Below the pieces are notes generated by a model that searched no databases, was not told where the DNA came from, and saw only the letters and a program-made list of their open reading frames with translations. This document shows, piece by piece, positions 54,392-64,000 of a stretch of 64,000 nucleotides of DNA. Position 1 is the stretch's first letter. Every line of letters starts with the position of its first letter. The position numbers and the translations under genes are program-made. The stretch covers positions 736,001 to 800,000 of the forward strand of contig CAVZSQ010000022.1 of assembly GCA_963777955.1 (NCBI GenBank), in the 5' to 3' direction. Source of the stretch: Calditrichia bacterium (GTDB taxonomy: Bacteria > Calditrichota > Calditrichia > JAJRVZ01).

Positions 54392-55285
54392 ATGAAAAAA
54401 GTATTTGTAACAGGTGCCAACGGATTGTTGGGTCAGGCTTTGATCCGGCACTTCAGTCAAACCATTCCGATAGCGGGCTGTGATTTGCATCCGGCCAGTT
54501 ATCTGGGTGATCGTTATCCCTATAACTATTTCAAAGTCGACATAACCAAACGGAATGAATTGGAACCGGTGTTATCAGCAGAGCGGCCCGATGTCGTTAT
54601 CAACACGGCTGCTTATACCGATGTGGATCGCAGCGAAACTGAAAAAGAATTATGCTGGTTGTGCAATGTACACGGCCTGGAAGTTCTCATTGATTCCATC
54701 CGCAGTTTTTCACCCCAGCTGATTCAGATTTCTACGGATTATATCTTCGATGGCAAGTCGGCGCCCTATCGGGAAAATGATCCCGCCCAACCGCTTGGAT
54801 ATTATGGACATACCAAATATATGGCCGAACGCCTGGTAAGAAGCAGTAAACTGGAATATATCATCGCCCGGTCCATGATTCTATACGGTCCTGGCCTGCG
54901 TATCCGGCCTAATTTTGCTTTATGGGTAATCAATAAATTGAAAGCAGGCGAGTCGATCCAGGTAGTCACCGATCAAATCGGCAATCCTACTTTTATTGAC
55001 GAATTAGCTGCAGGTCTTGAGCGGTTGGTCCGGAATGAGGAATATGGTGTGTTTCATATTGCCGGACAGGAGGTCTGCAGCCGATATGATTTTGCCTGCA
55101 GGATTGCCGATGTTTTTGAACTGGATAAGTCCCTGATCAGGCCGGTAATCACGGCCGATCTGAAGCAAAAAGCACCCCGGCCGATGAATTCAGCCTTCAC
55201 CCTGGATAAATTATTTAACACGCTCGACTGGTTGCCGGCCAGGATAAATGAATCTTTACTTGCGCTGAAATCGCAATTAAATTAA
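54392..55285 (+). CDS. rmlD: RmlD-family SDR (second dTDP-4-dehydrorhamnose reductase paralog)
   Basis: TGANGLLG, NTAAYTDVD, STDYIFDG, YGHTKYMAE, DQIGNPT, APRPMNS. Confidence 0.85.
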   Translation: MKKVFVTGANGLLGQALIRHFSQTIPIAGCDLHPASYLGDRYPYNYFKVDITKRNELEPVLSAERPDVVINTAAYTDVDRSETEKELCWLCNVHGLEVLIDSIRSFSPQLIQISTDYIFDGKSAPYRENDPAQPLGYYGHTKYMAERLVRSSKLEYIIARSMILYGPGLRIRPNFALWVINKLKAGESIQVVTDQIGNPTFIDELAAGLERLVRNEEYGVFHIAGQEVCSRYDFACRIADVFELDKSLIRPVITADLKQKAPRPMNSAFTLDKLFNTLDWLPARINESLLALKSQLN

Positions 55286-55291
55286 TCGACT

Positions 55292-56017
55292 ATGAATACG
55301 GAAAATGTGTTGGTTATTATACCAACGTATAACGAGAAGGATAATATTCAAAAACTGATCCGGGATATTTATGGCCTGAATCCGACGGTCCATATCCTGG
55401 TGGTGGATGACAATTCTCCCGATGGCACCAGTGCCATAGTAAAACAACTCAAGGACGAATTTAAGAACCTGTTCCTGCTTGAGCGCCAGGGGAAATTAGG
55501 CCTGGGCACGGCTTATATCGCCGGGTTTAAGTTCGCCCTGCAGAACGGTTACCAGTTCATTTTTGAAATGGACGCAGATTTTTCGCATGATCCCAGAGAA
55601 ATTCCTTCTTTTTTAGAAGCGATTAAAGATGCCGATATAGTAATCGGCTCGCGGTACTGTAAGGGCGTGAATGTAGTCAACTGGCCCTTATCAAGACTCG
55701 TGCTGAGTATTTTTGCCAATAAATATACCCGTTTCATTACCGGTTTACCCTTGCATGATTCTACCGGAGGGTATAAATGTTTAAGGCGGGAAGTTCTGCA
55801 GGCGATCGATTTAGACAGAATCAGCTCGGGCGGATATTCATTTCAGATTGAAATGAATTTTAAAGCCTGGAAAAAGGGATTTCGCCTCAAGGAGATCCCG
55901 ATTATTTTTATCGATCGGACTATCGGGAAATCCAAAATGTCCAAGAAAATTGTCCGGGAAGCTGTCTGGATGGTTTGGAAGTTAAAATTCAGAAGTCTGG
56001 TTGGTTCATTAAAATAG
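55292..56017 (+). CDS. Polyprenol-monophosphomannose synthase (DPM1/Ppm1-like GT2)
   Basis: [67 protein letters not shown]. Confidence 0.9.
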   Translation: MNTENVLVIIPTYNEKDNIQKLIRDIYGLNPTVHILVVDDNSPDGTSAIVKQLKDEFKNLFLLERQGKLGLGTAYIAGFKFALQNGYQFIFEMDADFSHDPREIPSFLEAIKDADIVIGSRYCKGVNVVNWPLSRLVLSIFANKYTRFITGLPLHDSTGGYKCLRREVLQAIDLDRISSGGYSFQIEMNFKAWKKGFRLKEIPIIFIDRTIGKSKMSKKIVREAVWMVWKLKFRSLVGSLK

Positions 56018-56025
56018 GAACAAGC

Positions 56026-56991
56026 ATGCCAAGTAATGCACGGTTTACACTGGAATTTGAAAAGCCTGTGGTGGAGTTAGAAAAGAAAATTACCGAAATG
56101 AAAGAATATGCCGCCTCCGCTGGTATGGATTTGCATGATGATATTGACCGGCTGGAAAAAAAGGCTCAGCAACTCCGCGATGAGATCTACGGAAAATTAT
56201 CGCGCTGGCAACGAGTTCAATTAGCCCGCCATCCGCTTCGTCCTTATACTCTTGATTATATCGAGCGGATCTGTTCCTATTTTGAGGAATTGCACGGAGA
56301 CCGCTATTTTGCCGACGATAAAGCCATTGTTGCCGGGATGGGTATGATCGATACTTTTTCCTGTATTATTATCGGACACCAGAAAGGGCGTGATACTAAA
56401 GCCAATCTCTACCGGAATTTCGGCATGGCCAATCCGGAGGGGTATCGCAAAGCCCTGCGCCTGATGAAGATAGGTGCCAAATTCAATAAACCGATTATAT
56501 CCCTGATCGACACACCAGGTGCTTATCCCGGTATTGGCGCGGAAGAAAGGGGACAGGCTGAAGCGATCGCCAGAAATCTGCTGGAGATGTCGCATCTGCC
56601 GGTACCGATCATCATTATAATTATCGGTGAAGGAGCGAGCGGCGGCGCCCTGGGCATCGGTGTAGGGGATCGTGTCTATATGATGCAAAATGCCTGGTAC
56701 TCGGTGATCAGTCCCGAAGGATGCGCGTCAATCCTCTGGCGTGATTCGGCCAAAGCTCCGGAAGCTGCCGAAGCGATGAAAGTAACCGCAGAAGATTTAT
56801 TGGAGTTAAAGGTAATCGATAAAGTGTTGCCGGAACCACAAGGCGGCGCCCACCGGGATCCTGATGCCGCCGCCAAAACGGTGAAAGAAGAAATTGTCAG
56901 CACCTTGCAGGAACTGCTCACTATTCCGAAAGAGGAATTGATCCGCCGGCGTATCGAGAAGTTTTCCAGAATGGGATTCTGGGAGGAATAG
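56026..56991 (+). CDS. accA: Acetyl-CoA carboxylase carboxyltransferase subunit alpha
   Basis: ATG 56026; [61 protein letters not shown]. Confidence 0.97.
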   Translation: MPSNARFTLEFEKPVVELEKKITEMKEYAASAGMDLHDDIDRLEKKAQQLRDEIYGKLSRWQRVQLARHPLRPYTLDYIERICSYFEELHGDRYFADDKAIVAGMGMIDTFSCIIIGHQKGRDTKANLYRNFGMANPEGYRKALRLMKIGAKFNKPIISLIDTPGAYPGIGAEERGQAEAIARNLLEMSHLPVPIIIIIIGEGASGGALGIGVGDRVYMMQNAWYSVISPEGCASILWRDSAKAPEAAEAMKVTAEDLLELKVIDKVLPEPQGGAHRDPDAAAKTVKEEIVSTLQELLTIPKEELIRRRIEKFSRMGFWEE

Positions 56992-57016
56992 AGTAAAATT
57001 ACCGGAGAAATCGCCA

Positions 57017-57181
57017 ATGCTGGACAAAGATTTGCTGGAAATCCTGGCCTGTCCCCAGTGCAAAGGGGAACTGGAATATAAGCCGGAGGAAGCGGAACTA
57101 ATTTGCCATAAATGCCGTTTAATCTATCAAATTAAAGACGATATTCCTGTAATGTTGATTGATGAGGCAGAAAAATTTTAA
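57017..57181 (+). CDS. Trm112/YcaR-family small protein, 54 aa (not in the ORF track)
   Basis: Manual translation [60 protein letters not shown] at 57004-57007. Confidence 0.9.
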   Translation: MLDKDLLEILACPQCKGELEYKPEEAELICHKCRLIYQIKDDIPVMLIDEAEKF

Positions 57182-57216
57182 ATTAGGCCGGCAGATGGCG
57201 ATATACTAAAATGGTA

Positions 57217-57245
57217 TTGACAATATATCCATAATACATTATATT
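57217..57245 (+). promoter_or_regulatory. Sigma70-type promoter upstream of the porV operon
   Basis: TTGACA (57217-57222), 17-nt spacer, TATATT (57240-57245). Confidence 0.7.
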
Positions 57246-57269
57246 TTAACGCTTTAATATCAGGAGTTG

Positions 57270-57420
57270 CCTATACAAAATTTGTTAAAGGCTTTTTTTT
57301 ACTAAATAGAATTGTAGTGAAAACAGGCTAAATAGATCTGCCTTTAGCAAATTTTGTTTAGGATTTTAGAGGACCGGTTTAGGGGCAAGGGTGAGATCTT
57401 GAGCCATAACCGGTTTTTTT
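57270..57420 (+). other. Structured leader or candidate cis-regulatory/small RNA
   Basis: 57270-57292 pairs with 57340-57362 (21 Watson-Crick pairs, one G:U, one mismatch). A second hairpin ACCGGTT...AACCGGT (57373-57414) is followed by a T run. Confidence 0.5.
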
Positions 57421-57442
57421 ATTTAGATCGTGGAGGATTACG

Positions 57443-58538
57443 ATGAAGAAATTAATTCAGCTTACGGTTTTTCTGGTTATAGTTTTCTCATTCGCAAGCG
57501 ATATATGGGCGCAAGGTGAAGCAGCAGTACCCTTCCTGTTGATCGCTCCGGGTGCCCGTCCCTGCGGCATGGGTGAAGCAGGTGTGGCTATGGCCGATGA
57601 AGCAACCGCGGTGTTCTGGAATCCCGCCGGATTAGCTTTCCAATATGAAGATCCCGAAGTGGATAAGCAGGGAGAAATATCCGTTATGCATGTCAAATGG
57701 CTCCCGCAGTTTAATTTCAGCGATCTGTGGTATGATTATCTGGCCGGCCGCTATTATATCGAGGATATCGGAATGGTCGGCGGCAGTATCACTTTCCTGA
57801 ACCTGGGTGAGAATGTGGCGACCGATGAAAATGGAATTGAACTGGGAACATTCGATAGTTTTGAATATGCGATCACGGCTTCATACGCCACTAAACTAAA
57901 ACAAAATCTGGGGCTCGGCGTCAATTTGAAATTTATTCAGAGTAATCTCACGGATAAGAATTTGCAGATTGGTTCGGAGAATCGTGACGGGCGTTCATCT
58001 TCCTTTGCAGTGGATGTCGGAGTATTGTGGAAACCGGCTTATCCTTTCCTGCGGGATAATTTATCGTTGGGCGCCAATCTGTCCAATTTCGGACCTAAGA
58101 TGACCTACATCGATGAGGCTCAGGCTGATCCATTACCGACGAACCTGAGAATGGGTCTGGCTTATAAAGTTTATGACGATGAATTCAATAAAATAACGGT
58201 TGTCTATGATGCCAATCGTTTGCTGGTGGTACGCGATTCGACCAGTTCAGACGGTGTATTTAAAGCAGTTTTCTATTCCTCCTGGGTTAACGGCAGTTTC
58301 GCGGACCGTTTGAAAAGATTTACCCACTCTACTAGGTGTGGAATACTGGTACGGTAATTTATTTGCAGCACGGGCCGGATATTTTTATGAAGATAAAGAC
58401 TTTGGCGGCAGAAAATTCCTGACTTTTGGCGCAGGGATTAAATATTATATCTTCGCCATTGATTTCGGATATATTTCAGCGAAAGAAGACCATCCGCTTT
58501 CTGATACAATGCGTTTTTCGGTTTCGGTGCAATTCTGA
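57443..58538 (+). CDS. porV: Type IX secretion outer-membrane shuttle PorV-like protein; +1 frameshift near 58331
   Basis: AVPFLLIAPGARPCGMGEAGVA...FWNPAGLAF, KWLPQF, NLSNFGPKMTY, LPTNLRMG, GGRKFLTFGAG and HPLSDTMRFSVSVQF closely follow Bacteroidota PorV motifs; GGAGG SD. Confidence 0.85.
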
Positions 58539-58593
58539 TGGTATAAAGATCTTGATTAGTGAGGTTTAAGTCATACGTATTCACAGAGATGTA

Positions 58594-61565
58594 ATGAAAT
58601 TCGGAACGCGCCCGGTGAGACCGCGTGGAAAAATAGCGTTAGTCTTTTTTCTTGGTTTAGCCGTTTGTACCATTCAGGCTCAACAGCAAATTAAAATTTG
58701 TGCCCTCAGGGTTGATTTTCAGCCCGACCAGAATCTGTTGACCACGGGTGACGGACTGTTTTTATTTGATAGTTCCCGGGTTACTCTCTATACCGTCGAT
58801 CCCCCTCCCCATGACCGCAGTTATTTTCAGGATCAAATCCTGGCTGTCGATAATTATTTTCAGTCGGCCTCCAAAGGTGTAATGCAAGTGAGCGGAACGG
58901 TATTTCCGCGTGCGCAAAATGGTGCCTATCGATTACCGCATGATATGGGTTATTATAATCCTAATACCACTGCTGAAGAAAATAACCGGCAATTAGTGCA
59001 GCTGTTCATTGATGCGCTGGCCGCGGCTGACCAGGATCCGGAGATCCGTTTCAGTGATTTTGATCTGGTGACGATCTTTCACGCCGGGGTAGGCAAGGAT
59101 ATCGATTTTGGTTATGATGCCACACCCCAGGATCTACCTTCGTTATACCTGAATCCTGATTTTTTCAGTGCCGCTCTTGATACTGCTTTTAGCGGTATTG
59201 CCGTTGATGAAGGGGTGATTAAAATTGACCGGGGGATAATCATGCCCGAAACAGAAAGCCAGGAAGGGGTGGAGGTGGGTATCACCGGAATTTTTGCCAG
59301 TAATATCGGCAATTATCTCGGTCTCTATGATCTGTTCAGTCCGACCACCCAGAGAAGCGGCATCGGCCGATTTGGGTTGATGGATGTCGGCCTGTTCAAT
59401 CTGTATGGTCTGGTCCCGGCCATACCCTGCGCATATTCGCGCAGACTGTTGGGCTGGGATGCTGCGCAGTTACTGGATGAACCCCGCGATACCGTTTATG
59501 TGCACCGTTTTAGCGGAACCGGCAGCAGCGCTACTACCATGTACCGGATCCCCATCAATAATGATGAATATTATCTGATCGAATATCGCGGCGATAATTT
59601 GGTAAGGATCGATAGTCTATACGCAGTATTGGCCGAAAACAGGCCGGTACTGCCTACCTACCTGGAAGTACTCAAAACCTACTACCCTGAAGCGATTAAA
59701 GTTTCTGATTCGACGGGTGTGTTGTTAAAGGTAAAAGATTATGATTGGGGATTGCCGGGAGCGGGTATTTTGATCTGGCATATCGATGAGGCAGTCATAG
59801 CAGCTGCCGCCGACCTTAATGCTATTAATGATGACCGCGACAACCGCGGAGTAGATCTGGAAGAAGCGGACGGTTCCCAGGACATAGGATACGAGTATAC
59901 GATCCTGGAGCCCGGTTATCAATCGGAACAGGGCACCTGGCTGGATTTCTGGTTCAGCGGTAATCCGGCTCCGTTGTACCGGAATGAATTTTCTGCAGGC
60001 AGTACGCCCAATACGCTGACCAACCGTGTATATGCCAATTCGCATATCAGCTTAAAAAATTTCTCGGCCGCCGGAGACAGCCTGATGTCTTTTTCCTATA
60101 AGCGCGATTATTTTGAAGCAGGTTTTCCCATCGATTTGAATGGTATGTACGGGGACAGCACCTTCACAGATCTTCTGGGTGTTTCAGGTACTGGTTTTAG
60201 CGAACCGCTGGTCTTTACAGCAAATGATTCAGGAAAGATATTCGCTTTCACTGCCGCTGGTACAGGATTGTTCAGCTGCGGATCGTTATGTCATTGCTGA
60301 AATGTTACGCCGGGAATTGCCTTCAATTTCGTTCGCTGATCAAAACGGTGATAACCAGGTCGATCTGCTGCTGGCTTGTACTAAATCAGGCCTGGTCCAG
60401 GGCTTCACCCTGGCAGACCTGAACGGCGATTTGCTGCTGGATACATTGTTTGCTAAAGTGCTTAATCAGAATTTTACGACACCTCCGGTGGTACAATATC
60501 CCTACTTTTATATCGGCCAGCAGAACAATCAGGTTTGCCGGTTTACTCTTTCCGGAGTAGTTGATTCGATTTATTATTTTGACCGGTCTGTTAACGGATT
60601 GACAGTCATTTCCGCCACTGATTTGATCACCAGCAGCAGTGTTTCCTTTCCACAATCTTTTGCACCGGCTGTAGTGGATCTTAATTCAGATGGCCGGATG
60701 GATCACCTCTCTTTTGAAAACCAGACAAAAATCATTATTGAATTGCAGGACGGGGTCGCTAAAAATGTTGAATTGCCCGGACCGGTTGTGGCACCACCTT
60801 CCTTTGGTGATGCTGATACTGATGGATTCTATGAAATATTTTTCAATCTGCCCGACCGGTTATATGGTTTACATTATAATGGTGCAGTAGTAACAAATTT
60901 CCCAATCCAGCCACCCTTGCTGGCTGGTGAACATCTGCAGGGTACCCCTTTGCTTTTTGATGCCGATGGAGATCAGCATACGGATATCGTAACCTGCACA
61001 TCGCAGGGACAGGTTCTGGCTTTTGATTTACAGGGCAGACTGCTGACTGGTTTTCCGCTTTCAGCGGGAGGAAATCCAGTCGGATCACCGTTAATTATCA
61101 ATAATGATGCCGATGAGCAACTGGAATTACTTAGTAAGTACAACCGCGGGAAATGTTTTTGCCTGGCAACTTGAGACTACCGCTGCTGCAAATAAGATAT
61201 GGTGGCAGCAATCTGTCTTTGATTATACCAATAATAATTACTTGACGAATATACTGTTACCTCCTCCGCCCGCGGGTGCCGATTTATTGCCGCCCGGGCT
61301 GGCCTATAATTATCCCAATCCCAATACTACCGGTTTCACGATCATTCGTTATTATCTGCGCGAGGATGCACAGGTGCGGATCAGGATATTTGATCTGGCC
61401 GGCGATCAGGTCGATAATTTCAACGGACCGGGTCTGGGGCAACAGCATAACGAAGTACGCTGGGACCTCTCCGATATTTCCAGCGGTGTATATCTCTGCC
61501 GGATCGAGGCCAGCTCTGACCAGTCCAGACAAGTGCGGTTGATTAAAATACTGGTAATAAAATAA
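58594..61565 (+). CDS. M6 (immune-inhibitor-A-like) peptidase-fold protein lacking the HExxH zinc motif, with FG-GAP/VCBS-like repeats and a T9SS type-A C-terminal domain, about 990 aa; +1 frameshifts near 60274 and 61133
   Basis: ALRVDFQ, IFHAGVG, GIGRFGLMDVG, YYLIEYR, GILIWHIDE, GVDLEEADG; repeats DQNGDNQVDL, DLNGD, DLNSDGRMD, DADTDGFYEI, DADGDQHTDI; CTD YNYPNP...IRIFDLAGD...SSGVYLCRI...KILVIK. Confidence 0.78.
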
Positions 61566-61576
61566 CCAGACCTTAA

Positions 61577-64000
61577 ATGAAAATCCATTCACTGCTTTTG
61601 CTATTTCTGGTTTTTACACTTGCTGTTGCTCAGGATGATGCCAGCCCCAATCACCCCGAGTTAGAGTGGAACTCCTATGAGACCGAACATTTTATGGTGC
61701 ATTTTCATCAGGGAACTTTTCGCACGGCCAGCCTGGTGGGGAAGATTGCCGAAGATATTTATAATCCTGTAACTACCCTGTACGATTATCATCCGGCGGG
61801 TAAAATTCATTTCATCATCAGGGATACCGATGACTATTCCAACGGCGGCGCTTATTTTTTTGATAATAAGATTGAGATCTGGGCTGAAAACCTGGACTAT
61901 ATTTTAAGAGGTACCCGTAATTGGCTGCGCGATGTGGTGACCCATGAATTCACTCATATGATCTCGATCCAAAACTCCATCAAATTTTCCCGTAGTTTTC
62001 CATATGGATTCTTCCAGTATTTTAATTATGAACCGGAACGACGCAAGGATGTCGTACGGGGATTCCCCAATGTGCTTGTTTCTTTTCCGGTATCTTCAAT
62101 CGATATTCCCATGTGGTTTGCCGAAGGAGTTGCTCAATATCAGGCACCCGGTGCCAAATACGACTATCGCGATCCTCATCGCGAAATGATCGTGCGCGAC
62201 CGGATTATCCATCAGGCCTTTTTTAATTTTACCGAGATGGGTGTTTTTGGAAAAACCGGTCTCGGCAATGAATCGGCTGTCTATAATTTCGGTTATTCCT
62301 TCGTGGATTATCTATGCTCCCGGTTCGGGGACGGGATTCTGGAAAAAATCACCGAGAACAGTTCCAGGATTAAAGTCCTGACCTTTAATCAGGCTCTGTA
62401 TGAGGCTACCGGTGTTCAGGCTGATTCGCTGTATCAGCAATGGAAAAATTATCTGACCGGTAAATACACCCGCAACCTGCGTGTGATACAGCCAAATCAG
62501 GTCAAAGGAAAGCTGATCGAATCCGAGGGGTTTGCCAATCTTTATCCGGTATGGTCGCCCGGGGGAGATAAAATCGCCTACACATCAAACAAGGGTAATG
62601 ATTATTTAAGTCAGAATAAATTGATCGTCTATGACCGGGCCAGCGGAAAAAAAGAAGTCGTAACTGCCCGTATCGGTTCCTCGCTATCCTGGTCAAACCA
62701 TGGTCGCTATCTGGCTTTCTCACGGATAACCAGGGAATTCTGGTCCGGGAACGGATCCGCCTACAATAATCTGTATTTATATGATCTGCAGCAGAAAAAA
62801 GAAATACAACTTACCCGGAACCTGCGGGGACGCAATCCCGACTGGAGCAGTGACGACAGTAAACTGTCCTTTGTTGCCGAAACCAATGGTTTAAATCAAT
62901 TATATGTTCTGGAACTTGCTGATCAGCCGGAAGATCATGACTGGCAGACTGTTTATATAAACCGTGAAACCGGAAAGATAGACAGTGACGCAACCAGCAG
63001 CAGTCGGGCAGTGCAATATCTTGGTAAAAGTCTGCGGCCGGTGCTGGTGCTGGACAGTACCCGCCAGATCTACCATCCACGCTGGTCGCCGGACGATCGC
63101 AGTATTATTTTTGACACAGCTACCGATTATGGACGTGATATTGCTGTCTATGACCTGGCCGCCGATAAATTTGAATTGATATCAGCGGGGCAGGAAGAGG
63201 AACGTTATCCGGTTTACTCCCCAGATGGAAACTGGATTTATTATGCCTCCAGCCGGACCGGAATATATAATCTTTACAGGTTAAACCGCAGTAGCGGTGA
63301 ACGGCAGATTCTGACCAATGTCACCGGCGGGGCCATGATGGCCGATGTCAACCGGCAGGGGGAACTGGTCTACTCCTGTTACGATAGTCTGGGATATCAT
63401 ATATATATTCTGGCGGGTAAGGACACCATTGATCCTGACAGGGCAATATATGAGGAAAATTACCTGGCGACTTTGCCGGTCAAAGATTTTAATGAGCGGA
63501 TCGTACCTGATCGGGATATCAGGCCCTATAAAACAAGTTTTACCGGTTTGCATCTCCTGCCCCGTGTATTAATTGATTATGGCACGGTGAAGCCCGGTCT
63601 GTATATGATCGCCAATGATGTTCTGGATAAGATGTCTCTTTTCGCGGCTGCGGATGTCAATCCTAAGTTTGATTTTGATCTCTATGGCGGGTTTGAATAC
63701 CGTAATTTCTTTCCGACCCTGTTTCTGGAAGCGTATAATCTCAATGCCAATATTGAAGATACGTTCAGTGTAGCCACCGGCAGGTTAAATGAAATTATAG
63801 ACCAGGACATAAATTTTAATCTGACCGAATTTCAACTGGGAGCACGGTTCGAGTATCCGGCCGGATACAACTGGCGCACCGCTTTTGTCTTGAGTATTTA
63901 TAATGCTACCATAAAGTGGTTCGATCCTTTTTACAGGATACCGGTGACGTTCCGTTATCGCTACCTGAACGGCCGTTCCTGGCAAGTCCAGTTGCAAGTC
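61577..64000 (+). CDS. Metallopeptidase (HExxH...E) + TolB-like PD40 beta-propeller + probable Omp85-like barrel; partial, runs off the window end (not in the ORF track)
   Basis: Signal peptide MKIHSLLLLFLVFTLAVA-Q; ETEHFMVHF; VVTHEFTH (61943-61957); PMWFAEG (about 62108-62128); PD40 repeats PVWSPGGDKIAY, PDWSSDDSKLSF, PRWSPDDRSIIF, PVYSPDGNWIYY; beta-strand-rich region after about 63530. The same frame reads sensibly at the window end. Confidence 0.82.
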   Translation, partial: MKIHSLLLLFLVFTLAVAQDDASPNHPELEWNSYETEHFMVHFHQGTFRTASLVGKIAEDIYNPVTTLYDYHPAGKIHFIIRDTDDYSNGGAYFFDNKIEIWAENLDYILRGTRNWLRDVVTHEFTHMISIQNSIKFSRSFPYGFFQYFNYEPERRKDVVRGFPNVLVSFPVSSIDIPMWFAEGVAQYQAPGAKYDYRDPHREMIVRDRIIHQAFFNFTEMGVFGKTGLGNESAVYNFGYSFVDYLCSRFGDGILEKITENSSRIKVLTFNQALYEATGVQADSLYQQWKNYLTGKYTRNLRVIQPNQVKGKLIESEGFANLYPVWSPGGDKIAYTSNKGNDYLSQNKLIVYDRASGKKEVVTARIGSSLSWSNHGRYLAFSRITREFWSGNGSAYNNLYLYDLQQKKEIQLTRNLRGRNPDWSSDDSKLSFVAETNGLNQLYVLELADQPEDHDWQTVYINRETGKIDSDATSSSRAVQYLGKSLRPVLVLDSTRQIYHPRWSPDDRSIIFDTATDYGRDIAVYDLAADKFELISAGQEEERYPVYSPDGNWIYYASSRTGIYNLYRLNRSSGERQILTNVTGGAMMADVNRQGELVYSCYDSLGYHIYILAGKDTIDPDRAIYEENYLATLPVKDFNERIVPDRDIRPYKTSFTGLHLLPRVLIDYGTVKPGLYMIANDVLDKMSLFAAADVNPKFDFDLYGGFEYRNFFPTLFLEAYNLNANIEDTFSVATGRLNEIIDQDINFNLTEFQLGARFEYPAGYNWRTAFVLSIYNATIKWFDPFYRIPVTFRYRYLNGRSWQVQLQV

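Overview
Gene-dense, almost entirely + strand chromosomal window from a diderm (LPS-making) bacterium. It probably belongs to an FCB-allied, non-Bacteroidia lineage such as Calditrichota or KSB1. This is an inference from T9SS-like PorU/PorV/CTD proteins occurring together with canonical TTGACA-17-TAnATT promoters and GGAGG ribosome-binding sites. Core content: comEC, a five-PAS hybrid kinase, rnhB, an aromatic amino acid operon (aroF-aroA-chorismate mutase-tyrA-aroK-aroB-aroQ), flippase-lpxK, two CAU tRNAs, tilS-ftsH-TPR-folP-cdaA, prfB (programmed +1 frameshift)-lysS-lolC/E-lolD-recG, rhamnose-pathway and glycosylation genes, purE, accA and a Trm112-like gene. Envelope content of most interest: (i) a PorU-like C25 peptidase + PorV-like barrel + lipoprotein + SLBB operon; (ii) two tandem paralogous beta-barrels ending in coiled coils; (iii) a DUF2723/TMEM260-like GT-C transferase near a polyprenol-phosphate-mannose synthase, while exported proteins are rich in D-(S/T)-hydrophobic sequons; (iv) a porV - zinc-ligand-less M6-like CTD protein - metallopeptidase/PD40/Omp85-like operon behind a highly structured leader. 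About a dozen genes are broken by frameshifts that all look like single extra bases, most likely sequencing or assembly errors. No CRISPR array, IS element, prophage or rRNA was seen. All product calls come from motif recognition by eye; no database searches were run.
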